Shown here: positions 10,381 through 19,714 of the stretch, piece by piece
How positions within the stretch are numbered: the stretch's first letter is position 1
Layout of the letters: every line of letters begins with the position of its first letter
Source: an uncultured bacterium
Lineage (GTDB): Bacteria > Fidelibacterota > Marinisomatia > Marinisomatales > UBA1611
Assembly: GCA_965660855.1 (NCBI GenBank)
Contig: CBFIBM010000002.1
Coordinates: forward strand, 32,001-96,000
DNA length: 64,000 nt
Direction: 5' to 3'
Position numbers and translations under genes: made by a program
The notes under the pieces: generated by a model
What the model saw: the letters and a program-made list of their open reading frames with translations, nothing else
What the model was told of the DNA's origin: nothing
Database searches by the model: none

Positions 10381-10704
10381 GTGGAATTTATATACGCTCA
10401 GGAAACTCAAAGTGGAGGAATAGCTGCTTTTTTACCTTTCATTTTAATCATGTTTATTATCTATTTCTTAATGATAAGGCCTCAAACAAAAAGACAAAAA
10501 GAAAAAGAGATGATGCGAGAGGGACTAAAGAAAGGTGATAAAGTAGTTACGATGGGTGGTATACATGGTACGATACAAGGGTTTAAAGAAAAAAATAAAT
10601 TAGTAGTGCTAAAGATTGATAACAATACTAATATAACCTTGAACAAAACTGCAATTCTTGGATTCACGAACTCTATAAGTAATCAAGAATTAGAACAAAC
10701 ATAA
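10381..10704 (+). CDS. yajC: Preprotein translocase subunit YajC
   Basis: Single TM then YFLMIRPQ and LKKGDKVVTMGGIHG. Confidence 0.95.
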   Translation: MEFIYAQETQSGGIAAFLPFILIMFIIYFLMIRPQTKRQKEKEMMREGLKKGDKVVTMGGIHGTIQGFKEKNKLVVLKIDNNTNITLNKTAILGFTNSISNQELEQT

Positions 10705-11258
10705 TGTCAATATTAGATATAGTCCATTATGGTGATCCTATTTTAAGGAAAAAATGTAAGCCAGTTACTAATTTTAATAAAATAGTATCCATCATTGATG
10801 ACATGTTTGATTCAATGTATGAAGCAGAAGGAATTGGTTTAGCGGCAAATCAGGTTGGCCTTGATATGCACTTATTTATTGTTGATATTTCACATACAGA
10901 TGAAACAGATCAAACACATATTTTTATTAATAGCACTATTATCAGTAAAAATAATGACGAGGAGTATTTTCAGGAAGGATGTCTTTCTATCCCAGGAATT
11001 GCGTTAGATGTGTTACGACCTAAAAAAATAACTTTAAAATATCAAACACCAGATCAAAAATGGCATAAAAAAAAGTTTGATGGATTGCTAGCTAGGGCAA
11101 TTCAGCATGAGATAGATCATTTAAATGGAGTATTTATTATAGATAGAGTTGATCAAAAAGAAAGAAAAAAATATAAGAAAGATTTAAAGTCAATAGCATT
11201 AATTCAAGCAAAGAATAGAAGTGGGAACAAATCAAAAGAAAAAGATTTCTTTCTTTAA
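10704..11258 (+). CDS. def: Peptide deformylase
   Basis: GIGLAANQ, EGCLS, QHEIDHLNG motifs. Confidence 0.97.
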   Translation: MSILDIVHYGDPILRKKCKPVTNFNKIVSIIDDMFDSMYEAEGIGLAANQVGLDMHLFIVDISHTDETDQTHIFINSTIISKNNDEEYFQEGCLSIPGIALDVLRPKKITLKYQTPDQKWHKKKFDGLLARAIQHEIDHLNGVFIIDRVDQKERKKYKKDLKSIALIQAKNRSGNKSKEKDFFL

Positions 11259-11296
11259 ATTTTATTATCAAAAATTATAAACCAACCTTTTAATAA

Positions 11297-12220
11297 ATGC
11301 GTATAATTTTTATGGGAAACCCTGAATTTTCAATTCCCGTTCTTCAAAAAATTATTGAATCAAAACACCATTTGCTTGCAGTAGTCTCTAATCCTCCAAA
11401 AAAAATGGGTAGAGGTAATTTGTATAAGTATACCCCAATTGGTGATTTTTCAAGGAAAAATGATTTACTTCTCATTCATCCTGATGAATTGGACTCAAAT
11501 CTATTTCAAGATAAGATCAGGGCATTAAAACCTGATTTATTTATTGTTGTTGCATATAAAATATTACCAATCTCTTTAATTAATATTCCGAATTACGGGG
11601 CATTAAATTTACATGCATCTCTTTTACCAAAGTATAGAGGTGCTGCTCCTATCCAGTGGGCCTTAATGAATGGAGAAAAAACAACAGGAATTACTATTTT
11701 TCAAATAAAACCAGATGTAGATACAGGTGATATTCTTTATCAAAAAGAGTATACAATTAATGAGAATGATACTATGTATTCACTTGGAATGAGATTGTGT
11801 GTCAGTGGATCAAAGTATGTTGTCAAGACAATTGATGAAATTCATAAAGGAAAAATTATAGCTGTGCCTCAAGATAGTAATAAAGCGACCTCTGCACCGA
11901 AAATAACAAAAAAAATGGCTACAATTAATTGGTCTTGGCCTGCACAAAAAATTCATAACTGGGTAAGAGGACTCAGTCCATTCCCTGGGATGGTAACTAA
12001 ATATAAAAATAAAAATCTTAGAATTTTTAAAACAAAATTATATCCAGGATTAGCTACGAATATTGGAGAAATATATTTAATAAATAAAAAAGAACTAATT
12101 ATTTCTACTGGAAATGGTCTTTTATCTCTTTTGGAAGTGCAACTTGAAGGAAAAAAGAGAATGGATATTCAAAATTTTTTAAATGGGAATTTACTAGCCC
12201 AAGGTGAAAGGCTTATTTAG
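11297..12220 (+). CDS. fmt: Methionyl-tRNA formyltransferase
   Basis: IFMGNPEF, NLHASLLPKYRGAAPIQ; follows def. Confidence 0.97.
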   Translation: MRIIFMGNPEFSIPVLQKIIESKHHLLAVVSNPPKKMGRGNLYKYTPIGDFSRKNDLLLIHPDELDSNLFQDKIRALKPDLFIVVAYKILPISLINIPNYGALNLHASLLPKYRGAAPIQWALMNGEKTTGITIFQIKPDVDTGDILYQKEYTINENDTMYSLGMRLCVSGSKYVVKTIDEIHKGKIIAVPQDSNKATSAPKITKKMATINWSWPAQKIHNWVRGLSPFPGMVTKYKNKNLRIFKTKLYPGLATNIGEIYLINKKELIISTGNGLLSLLEVQLEGKKRMDIQNFLNGNLLAQGERLI

Positions 12221-13536
12221 TGAAAAATGATGCTAGGGAACTATCTGTAAAAATCTTGATAAATTTTGATAAAACACATGAGCAATTAAATGAAATTCAA
12301 AATAAATTTTTTCTAAACAATAATTACAATACTCAAGTAAAATCACGATCAAAAGTTTTAACAAATGAAATAATCAGATTTAAAGGACGAATTGATTATA
12401 TCATTGAACAAATTTCAGGGAAAAAAAATAAAAATTTTAATAAAAATCTAATTTCTATACTTCGTCTAGCCATTTATGAGATTTTATTTGATCCTAAAAT
12501 TCCAGATTATGCATCTGTCAATACTGCTGTTGATTTAACAAAAATTAATTTGAATAAAAAAGCATCTGGACTAACTAATGCAGTACTTAGAAAGTTAATT
12601 CGTATTAAAGAAGAAAAAAAAAATTGGGATGAAAAATTTAGAACAGATAAAAAATGGAATTCATTTCCAATTTGGATTCAAAATAGGTTTAGTAATCAAC
12701 ATAAGGAAATAAATGCAAAATTATTTTTCCAATCTTTTAATAAAAGTCCTGAAACATTTGTAAGAAATGATAGCAAATTAAGCATATTTGATTTAAAAGA
12801 TAATCTTTACAGAAATAATATAAAATCTTTAATCTTCAATGAATTTTTTTTAAAAATAAAAAATGGTTCAAAAGATATTTTAGATAATGAATTCTTTCAA
12901 TCAGGACAAATTTCTATCCAAGACCCAGCATCATATGGAATTATTGAATGTTTAAATATTCAGAAGGACGATGTAATTTTAGATGTATGTGCTGCACCTG
13001 GAACCAAATCTCTTGCTATGTCCTATTTAGTAGGCGAAAAAGGAAAAATATTGTCCTCTGATATAAATAATTCCAGAGTTGAAATGGGGAGAAAAGATTT
13101 AAAACGTAATAATAGAAAAAATATAATATGGTCAGTTAAGGATGCGTCTAAAGATACATTCCCAATTGTTAACAAAATTTTAGTTGATGCTCCATGCTCC
13201 GGGCTAGGGGTGCTTAGAAGAAAGCCAGATATAAGGTGGAGAAGAAAAGAAAAAGAAATAACTTTCTTTTCAAATTTACAATTAAAAATATTATGTCATA
13301 TGTCCAGTTTTCTAAAGCCAGGGGGAGTCCTTGTTTATGGAACTTGCTCTATTGATAAAAAAGAGAATTTCAATGTTGTGCAGAATTTTTTGAGAATAAA
13401 TAAAGATTTCAAATTAGATAAAATGCCAAATACCATTGATAGAGAATTAATTGATGAAAATTATTGTTTTTCTACAATAAATGTGATTGATAATTTAGAT
13501 GGAATGTTTGCAGCCAGACTAAAAAAAAATGATTAA
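12220..13536 (+). CDS. rsmB: 16S rRNA m5C967 methyltransferase RsmB (NusB-like N-domain)
   Basis: DVCAAPG, LVDAPCSGLG, RKPDIRW, YGTCS; follows fmt. Confidence 0.92.
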   Translation: MKNDARELSVKILINFDKTHEQLNEIQNKFFLNNNYNTQVKSRSKVLTNEIIRFKGRIDYIIEQISGKKNKNFNKNLISILRLAIYEILFDPKIPDYASVNTAVDLTKINLNKKASGLTNAVLRKLIRIKEEKKNWDEKFRTDKKWNSFPIWIQNRFSNQHKEINAKLFFQSFNKSPETFVRNDSKLSIFDLKDNLYRNNIKSLIFNEFFLKIKNGSKDILDNEFFQSGQISIQDPASYGIIECLNIQKDDVILDVCAAPGTKSLAMSYLVGEKGKILSSDINNSRVEMGRKDLKRNNRKNIIWSVKDASKDTFPIVNKILVDAPCSGLGVLRRKPDIRWRRKEKEITFFSNLQLKILCHMSSFLKPGGVLVYGTCSIDKKENFNVVQNFLRINKDFKLDKMPNTIDRELIDENYCFSTINVIDNLDGMFAARLKKND

Positions 13537-14287
13537 GAATATTATTACTCATGTAGCCGTATTTAGTATTTCCTCAATTATATTAATTCTTTTTTTTAAT
13601 TCCTTTTTAATGCCAATTTATGTCAGAATGGATGAGGGAAAGTATATGGTGAATGTAGTGGATAAGGATATAAGTTATGCTGAAAAAATTCTAAAATCAG
13701 AAGGTTATAAAAGTCTTATATCTGATACACTTTTTACTGCAAAATTTAATCAAGGTACTGTTGTTGATCAATATCCTACACCAAATACAAGAGTTAAAAA
13801 GGGAAGAACAGTTAGATTGAAAATTGCGTATGCTGAAAAAATGGTTCAAATACCAGACCTTATCGGTAGATCAATTAGAAGTGCTGAGTTAGCTGTAAAT
13901 CAAATTGGTCTTACAATTGATACAGTATATCAAGAATATAATTCGGATGTTCCTTCTGGTAATGTTACATGGCAATATCCAAAAGGCGGAGATTTATTAA
14001 ATAAAGGTATGGGGCTTCATTTAACGACAAGCTTAGGAGTTCCACCAAATTTTTTTCAGGTACCTAATTTATTTGGACTTAGTAAGAAAAAAGCAATCAT
14101 AGATATTAAAAAAGCGGGTTTTAGCTTAGGTAAAATATTCTATAGACAAAATGAAGATCTCATCCCATATACAGTTCTGGATCAATCTATAATAGCTGAA
14201 ACAATACTAGAGGAGCCGACAACAATAGATTTGACAATAAGCGTCTTAGATATGCAGGATATTTTCAATCAAATGATCGATAAATGA
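13529..14287 (+). CDS. PASTA domain-containing membrane-anchored protein
   Basis: N-terminal TM plus three PASTA-like repeats (GTVVDQYP, IPDLIG, VPNLFG). Confidence 0.88.
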   Translation: MIKNIITHVAVFSISSIILILFFNSFLMPIYVRMDEGKYMVNVVDKDISYAEKILKSEGYKSLISDTLFTAKFNQGTVVDQYPTPNTRVKKGRTVRLKIAYAEKMVQIPDLIGRSIRSAELAVNQIGLTIDTVYQEYNSDVPSGNVTWQYPKGGDLLNKGMGLHLTTSLGVPPNFFQVPNLFGLSKKKAIIDIKKAGFSLGKIFYRQNEDLIPYTVLDQSIIAETILEEPTTIDLTISVLDMQDIFNQMIDK

Positions 14288-14880
14288 AACAAGATATATT
14301 ATTTGAAATTTATCGTAAATTAATTCACTGTAGTTCAGTCATCTTGCCAACTGGATATATGTATCTTGTAAAAGATCAAGATAAAATGATATTCATCTTA
14401 GCATCCTTATCATTATTTTCAATACTTGTGGAATTATTGAGAAATAAAATACCAGCTATAAAAAGATTATTTAATTCTACCTTAGGTAAAATATTAAGAG
14501 GAAAGGAAACTCAAGGTCAACTGACAGGAGCTTCATGGCTTTTATTGGGATCACTAATTACCACAATTATTTTCCCAATTCAAATTGCAGTCCCAGCTTT
14601 AATTTTTTTGACTATAGGTGATAGTTTTGCAGCAATTATTGGAAAGTTATTTCCAATTGGTAAAATTGGATTAAAATCGATAAGTGGAACTATAGCAGGA
14701 TTTATTACTTCTTCATTTTTTGCGTTGAAGATAAATAAATCTATACCACTAGAGATAATAATTTTTGGATCTTTGATTGCAATGATTGTTGAATTAATTC
14801 CAAATAAAAAACTCAATGATAATATAACAATACCAATTATTTCAGCCTTATCAATTCAATTAAGCTTAAAATTAATATGA
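14284..14880 (+). CDS. Polyprenol/dolichol/phytol kinase-like membrane protein (CTP_transf_1 superfamily)
   Basis: RKLIH, GDSFAAIIG, KSISG, DNITIP motifs of the SEC59/VTE5 type. Confidence 0.8.
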   Translation: MKQDILFEIYRKLIHCSSVILPTGYMYLVKDQDKMIFILASLSLFSILVELLRNKIPAIKRLFNSTLGKILRGKETQGQLTGASWLLLGSLITTIIFPIQIAVPALIFLTIGDSFAAIIGKLFPIGKIGLKSISGTIAGFITSSFFALKINKSIPLEIIIFGSLIAMIVELIPNKKLNDNITIPIISALSIQLSLKLI

Positions 14881-16937
14881 CATTTCTAAATCCATTAAAT
14901 CTTTGGTTCTTAATTTTTTTAAGTCTTCCGATAGTCCTTCATTTATTGAATAGATTTCAAAACAAAGAAGTAGATTTCAGCTCTTTAGTATTAATAAAAG
15001 AATTAAAGACAACATCACTAAAAAGGATTCAGCTTAAGCAGTTATTACTTTTACTATTACGGTTATTGGGAATTATCTTTTTAGTCTTTTCCTTCTCTCA
15101 GCCAGTGACAAATGGATTTATACCAAGTTGGGCTTCATCTGAGAAAGAGACTCGTTTATTTATAATCTTAGATAACTCAGCAAGTATGAGTGCAAAAAGT
15201 GACAAAAAATCATTTTTAGAACAATCAAAACACGGTATCATGTCTTTAATACCAATATTTGAGAAGAATTCTTTAATTTCAATTTTTAAAACATGTCCAC
15301 CTGAGAAGGTATTTGAAGGTTTTTCTAATGATCCTCAATTAAAAGAGGTTTTAAAATCTGTTAAGCAAACATATTCATTTGATGATGTCTGGAATAATAC
15401 AACGAATTTTATTAATAGTAATAAAATTAATGAAAAATTAAAAGAGTGTGTTATTTTTAGTGATTTAATGTATTTACCAGATAGTTCATTTATAAAATCA
15501 ATAAATGATTATGAAAATTGGAAATTTTATTTAATTCAGCCAGATCCAATAAATAATAATATGTCAATTCAAAGCGTCCGTTTTGAAAACAGGATTAATA
15601 CATTACAACAATTAACTAAGGTCAATACTCAAATTAAAAATAATAGTAACTTATTAAAAAAAAATATACCTGTTGAACTTTTATTTAATAAACAACGAGT
15701 AGGACAAGTCATTTCTGAATTTTCACCTGGCATTGAAAAAGAATTTCAATTTAAAGCATATCCATTGGATGAGGGAGTTTTGCATGGTGAAATCACTATA
15801 CCTAATGATGACTATATATACGACAATAGCTGGTTTCATACTATTCCAGTTTTAAAACAAATAAGTTGTGCAATTATTGGGAAAAATTCATCTGAGATAA
15901 AGTTATTAGAGATGGTATTAAATTCCATTGATCCTGAAAATTTATTTTTAAAGACTGAATCTAGAATCCAGCCTAACCTAAATCGTCTTTTTTTAGATGA
16001 GTTTGATATGGTAATCATTTATAATTCTTCATTATTATCCAAGAAAAGTATTGAAGACTTAGACGCTTTTACTAAAGAGGGTGGAGGTGTCCTTTGGTTT
16101 CAGGGTGAAAAAGCAGATTTTTCTGTTAGTCGACAGATCGGTGGCATATTGGATTTTCCAATCAACACAAAAATTGTTGAATCTGGTCAAGGATTTTTTT
16201 CTACTAAAATTGATTCTGTAGAACCTAGTATTTTTAAAGAAATAAAGGTAAAAAATATAAATGATGAAATGCCTAAAGTTTATAAATATATAAAAAGTAT
16301 CCCAAACAATGGCCATAAAGTACATCTGAGCTTGAATAATAATGATCCCTTACTTATAGAATTTACTAATGGTAGTGGTAAAATATTTTATTTTACCTCA
16401 TTGCTAGATATAACGTGGAACGATTTACCTATCCGAGGAATAATTATACCATTAATCTACAGATTGATAATACTTGCTGGAACAGATGAATTTAATACAG
16501 CTTCTGTAGAAATTGATCAATCTAAAATAATTTCTATACAGGAAAGTAAACTAAGAGATAAATGGGAGGTAATTTCTCCGTCCGGTCAAAAAGAGATGCT
16601 TGTTCCAGATTATAATTTTAAAGGGATACAGATTAGAATGACGAATGAGCTTGGTATTTATCAAGTTTATGCGAATGGAGAGCATGTAACTTCTTTCCCA
16701 ACTAAATTAAATAAAAAAGAACTATTAAAAAACCGTATCAATAATATAGATATAGAACCAATTATTCCTTCAAAATATGTGAAACTAATTAAATTAGATA
16801 AAAATATAAATAGTTCATTTTCTGAAACTAGAAGTGGAAAAAGCTTATGGAAGATTTTTCTTTATTTAGCAATTTTTGTCTTTTTTATTGAAAGTATTAT
16901 TGGATTACCAAATGAGAAAGCGATAAAACGAATTTAA
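14877..16937 (+). CDS. BatA N-terminal domain + vWA membrane protein
   Basis: MTFLNP...LPIVLHL N-terminus, LDNSASM MIDAS-like motif, FSD, C-terminal LWK TM. Confidence 0.85.
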   Translation: MTFLNPLNLWFLIFLSLPIVLHLLNRFQNKEVDFSSLVLIKELKTTSLKRIQLKQLLLLLLRLLGIIFLVFSFSQPVTNGFIPSWASSEKETRLFIILDNSASMSAKSDKKSFLEQSKHGIMSLIPIFEKNSLISIFKTCPPEKVFEGFSNDPQLKEVLKSVKQTYSFDDVWNNTTNFINSNKINEKLKECVIFSDLMYLPDSSFIKSINDYENWKFYLIQPDPINNNMSIQSVRFENRINTLQQLTKVNTQIKNNSNLLKKNIPVELLFNKQRVGQVISEFSPGIEKEFQFKAYPLDEGVLHGEITIPNDDYIYDNSWFHTIPVLKQISCAIIGKNSSEIKLLEMVLNSIDPENLFLKTESRIQPNLNRLFLDEFDMVIIYNSSLLSKKSIEDLDAFTKEGGGVLWFQGEKADFSVSRQIGGILDFPINTKIVESGQGFFSTKIDSVEPSIFKEIKVKNINDEMPKVYKYIKSIPNNGHKVHLSLNNNDPLLIEFTNGSGKIFYFTSLLDITWNDLPIRGIIIPLIYRLIILAGTDEFNTASVEIDQSKIISIQESKLRDKWEVISPSGQKEMLVPDYNFKGIQIRMTNELGIYQVYANGEHVTSFPTKLNKKELLKNRINNIDIEPIIPSKYVKLIKLDKNINSSFSETRSGKSLWKIFLYLAIFVFFIESIIGLPNEKAIKRI

Positions 16938-16938
16938 T

Positions 16939-18222
16939 ATGATAGAAAAAGAGAAAATTATATTGAAGAAGGAGAAAGTATTTATTGTGGGAACAGTCCT
17001 ACCTAAATTAGGTGATTCTCAGGTAAATGAACATCTTAAAGAATTAGAATTATTAGTAATTACTGCAGGAGGAATAGTATCTGGAAAAATTATACAGCGT
17101 ATATCAAAGATAAATTCCGCTACATTTATTGGAAAAGGGAAAGCAAATCAGCTGATTAGTCAAGCTGCTGAATTAGGTGTAAAAGTTATAATTTTTGATG
17201 ATGAGCTGACCCCAGCTCAAATTAAAAATTATCATAAAATATCAAAAAAAATAAAAGTAATGGATAGAAGTGGTTTGATCCTTGATATCTTTAAAAGACA
17301 CGCAAAAACTAAAGAAGCTACCACTCAAGTAGAATTAGCATACTTAGAATATTTATTACCTAGATTAACAAGACAATGGACACATTTAGAACGCCAAATG
17401 GGTGGAATTGGTACCAGAGCAGGTATGGGAGAAACTCAAATAGAGGTAGACAGAAGGATTATTAGAACAAAAATCACAAAACTAAAAAAAAACCTTCTTC
17501 AAATAGAAAAAGAAAGAAAAATTCAAAGTGCCAGAAGAAAATCAGAATTTAGAGTTTCACTTGTAGGATATACCAATGCTGGAAAATCTACACTATTTAA
17601 AGCTTTAACTGGATCGGATGTATTTATAAAAGATCAGTTATTTGCTACTTTAGATACTACGGTAAGAAAACTTATGATTAATTCAAGCCATAATATTTTG
17701 CTCAGCGATACAGTTGGTTTTATAAGAAAGTTACCACACAATTTAGTTGCTTCATTTAAGAGTACTTTGAAAGAGGTCGTTGAATCTAATTTGATATTAA
17801 TGGTCTTAGATATTTCTTCTGAATATATAGAGGATCATGTCAAAGTTATAAAGGGCGTACTAGAAAGTATAGGAGCAAAGAAAATTCCAACTCTTTATGT
17901 TCTAAACAAGGTAGATTTAATTTCTCAAGAAAAAAAAATTATTTCTATTTCAAACAATTATGAAGATTCTGTAATTATTTCAGCCAAGAGGCATTTGATG
18001 TTATCTAAATTGAAAAGGGCTATTATTAAAAAAATGGAAGAAAATTATCAAACTTTAGATATTCGACTTCCATATTCAGAAGGTAGAACTATTTCTCAAA
18101 TTAAAAATACGTTAGAAATTTTGGAGGAGAGTTATGAAGAGGATATTGTAAAAATGAAAATTAGAGGTAGCAAGTATAAACTAGAAAAAGTCTCTGTGTT
18201 TCAATTTATAAATAACGGGTAG
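16939..18222 (+). CDS. hflX: GTPase HflX
   Basis: GYTNAGKST, LFATLD, DTVGFI, NKVD; GETQIEVDRR. Confidence 0.97.
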   Translation: MIEKEKIILKKEKVFIVGTVLPKLGDSQVNEHLKELELLVITAGGIVSGKIIQRISKINSATFIGKGKANQLISQAAELGVKVIIFDDELTPAQIKNYHKISKKIKVMDRSGLILDIFKRHAKTKEATTQVELAYLEYLLPRLTRQWTHLERQMGGIGTRAGMGETQIEVDRRIIRTKITKLKKNLLQIEKERKIQSARRKSEFRVSLVGYTNAGKSTLFKALTGSDVFIKDQLFATLDTTVRKLMINSSHNILLSDTVGFIRKLPHNLVASFKSTLKEVVESNLILMVLDISSEYIEDHVKVIKGVLESIGAKKIPTLYVLNKVDLISQEKKIISISNNYEDSVIISAKRHLMLSKLKRAIIKKMEENYQTLDIRLPYSEGRTISQIKNTLEILEESYEEDIVKMKIRGSKYKLEKVSVFQFINNG

Positions 18223-18381
18223 ATTGTTTTTTATAGATCATTCTATGTTTATTGAATGAAAGGAACCTCTTAAACCCAGCAAACTTCCTTGATCTGAGAA
18301 CAGAAAGGCCTGTTTTTTGAGCCTAAAGTACAGAACCTAATTATTGATTATAGATCAAAAAAATACAGAATCCACCCGTTA
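18213..18381 (-). ncRNA. Putative 6S (SsrS)-like rod-shaped RNA
   Basis: Ends are complementary (TAACGGGTAGATT / AATCCACCCGTTA); inner helices pair only on the minus strand using G-U pairs; poorly paired central region; TATAAT on minus strand at 18382-18387. Family not confirmed. Confidence 0.6.
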
Positions 18382-18421
18382 ATTATAGATGAAATTATTA
18401 ATTAACTATATCTTAAAAAAA

Positions 18422-19708
18422 TTATTTTTTAATTAATTTATTTTCCAAACTTTGTATCACTACTGCTACAGAGGCGTCCCCAGTAACATTAACACTAGTT
18501 CTTATCATATCCAAAATTCTATCAACCCCGAGTATGAGAGCTATGCCTTGGCTAGGTACATTTATGGACTCAAGTATAATAACTAGCATTACAATACCTG
18601 CTCCTGGAACTGCTGCTGTTCCAATAGATGCTAATACTGTAGTCAAAACAATTATCATCTGTTCTTCCAACCCAAGGGTAAGATCCATTGCTTGAGCAAT
18701 AAATACAGCTGCAACTGCTTGATATAAAGCTGTTCCATCCATATTTATTGTAGCTCCTAGTGGCAGAACAAAAGATGAAACCTCCTCTGATACATCAAGT
18801 TCTTCTTCACATCTATCCATCGTTACTGGTAATGTCGCTCCACTGGAGCTTGTGGAAAAAGCTAATAATTGCGCAGGTGCAATACCTTTGTAAAATTTTA
18901 AAAGTGATACTCTAGTAAGTATTTTAATTAATCCATTATAGGTGAATATTGCATGAGTTACTAAACCTATAATAACTGCAAACATATAATATGCTAACGC
19001 TCTTAGAATTTCTAAAACTTGTTCAGGATTATCTCCAGATATTTTATTAATTGTTTGTGCAATTAATGCAAACACACCATAAGGAGCAAATAGCATAATT
19101 AGATCAACAAGTTTTACAACTACATCAGATAAACTTTGGAAGAAATCTTTTATTGGTTTTCCATTTTTTTTAGGAACCTTCACTAAACCAATACCAATGA
19201 AAATAGATATAAAAACAATTTGCAACATATTTTTATTATTAGAAGCCGATAGGAAAAAATTATTAGGAACTATATCTATCAGAGGTTGAAGTGGACCTCT
19301 CTTTTTTATTTCATCCAGATTACTGGCCTTTTTAGTAGCGGCATCATTATATTCACTCTGTAATTTAATTTTTAAATTTGCAGGTATTTTATCGCCAGGT
19401 TGGATAAAGTTAACTGAAATTAATCCTATAGTTACAGCTACTGCAGTTGTAAAAATATAGATTGAAATAGTTTTACTACCTATCCTACTAAGTTTTTTCA
19501 TATCGGATAGAGATGCAACACCTGTAATTAATGAAGATAAAACTAGAGGAACGGCTATGAGCTTTAGTAGGTTTATGAAAATTATACCAAATGGTGCAAT
19601 CCAATTGGTTGTAAATGAACCTAGGCCACTTTTTATAGATATTACACCATAAACTAAACCTAAAATAAGACCAATAATAATTTTCCAATGAAGTGCGATT
19701 TTTTTCAT
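18422..19708 (-). CDS. Dicarboxylate/amino acid:cation symporter (GltP/DAACS)
   Basis: FSTSSSGATLP, GATINMDGTALY, DRILDMIRTSVNVTGD. Confidence 0.95.
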   Translation of the reverse strand: MKKIALHWKIIIGLILGLVYGVISIKSGLGSFTTNWIAPFGIIFINLLKLIAVPLVLSSLITGVASLSDMKKLSRIGSKTISIYIFTTAVAVTIGLISVNFIQPGDKIPANLKIKLQSEYNDAATKKASNLDEIKKRGPLQPLIDIVPNNFFLSASNNKNMLQIVFISIFIGIGLVKVPKKNGKPIKDFFQSLSDVVVKLVDLIMLFAPYGVFALIAQTINKISGDNPEQVLEILRALAYYMFAVIIGLVTHAIFTYNGLIKILTRVSLLKFYKGIAPAQLLAFSTSSSGATLPVTMDRCEEELDVSEEVSSFVLPLGATINMDGTALYQAVAAVFIAQAMDLTLGLEEQMIIVLTTVLASIGTAAVPGAGIVMLVIILESINVPSQGIALILGVDRILDMIRTSVNVTGDASVAVVIQSLENKLIKK

Positions 19709-19714
19709 ATATGT

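Noticed and set aside
18213..18381. SRP RNA, tRNA or MITE as the identity of the structured intergenic element
   Set aside because: No SRP GGAA-tetraloop domain, no cloverleaf, no target-site duplication or second copy in the window; the G-U-biased inner pairing favours a structured RNA.
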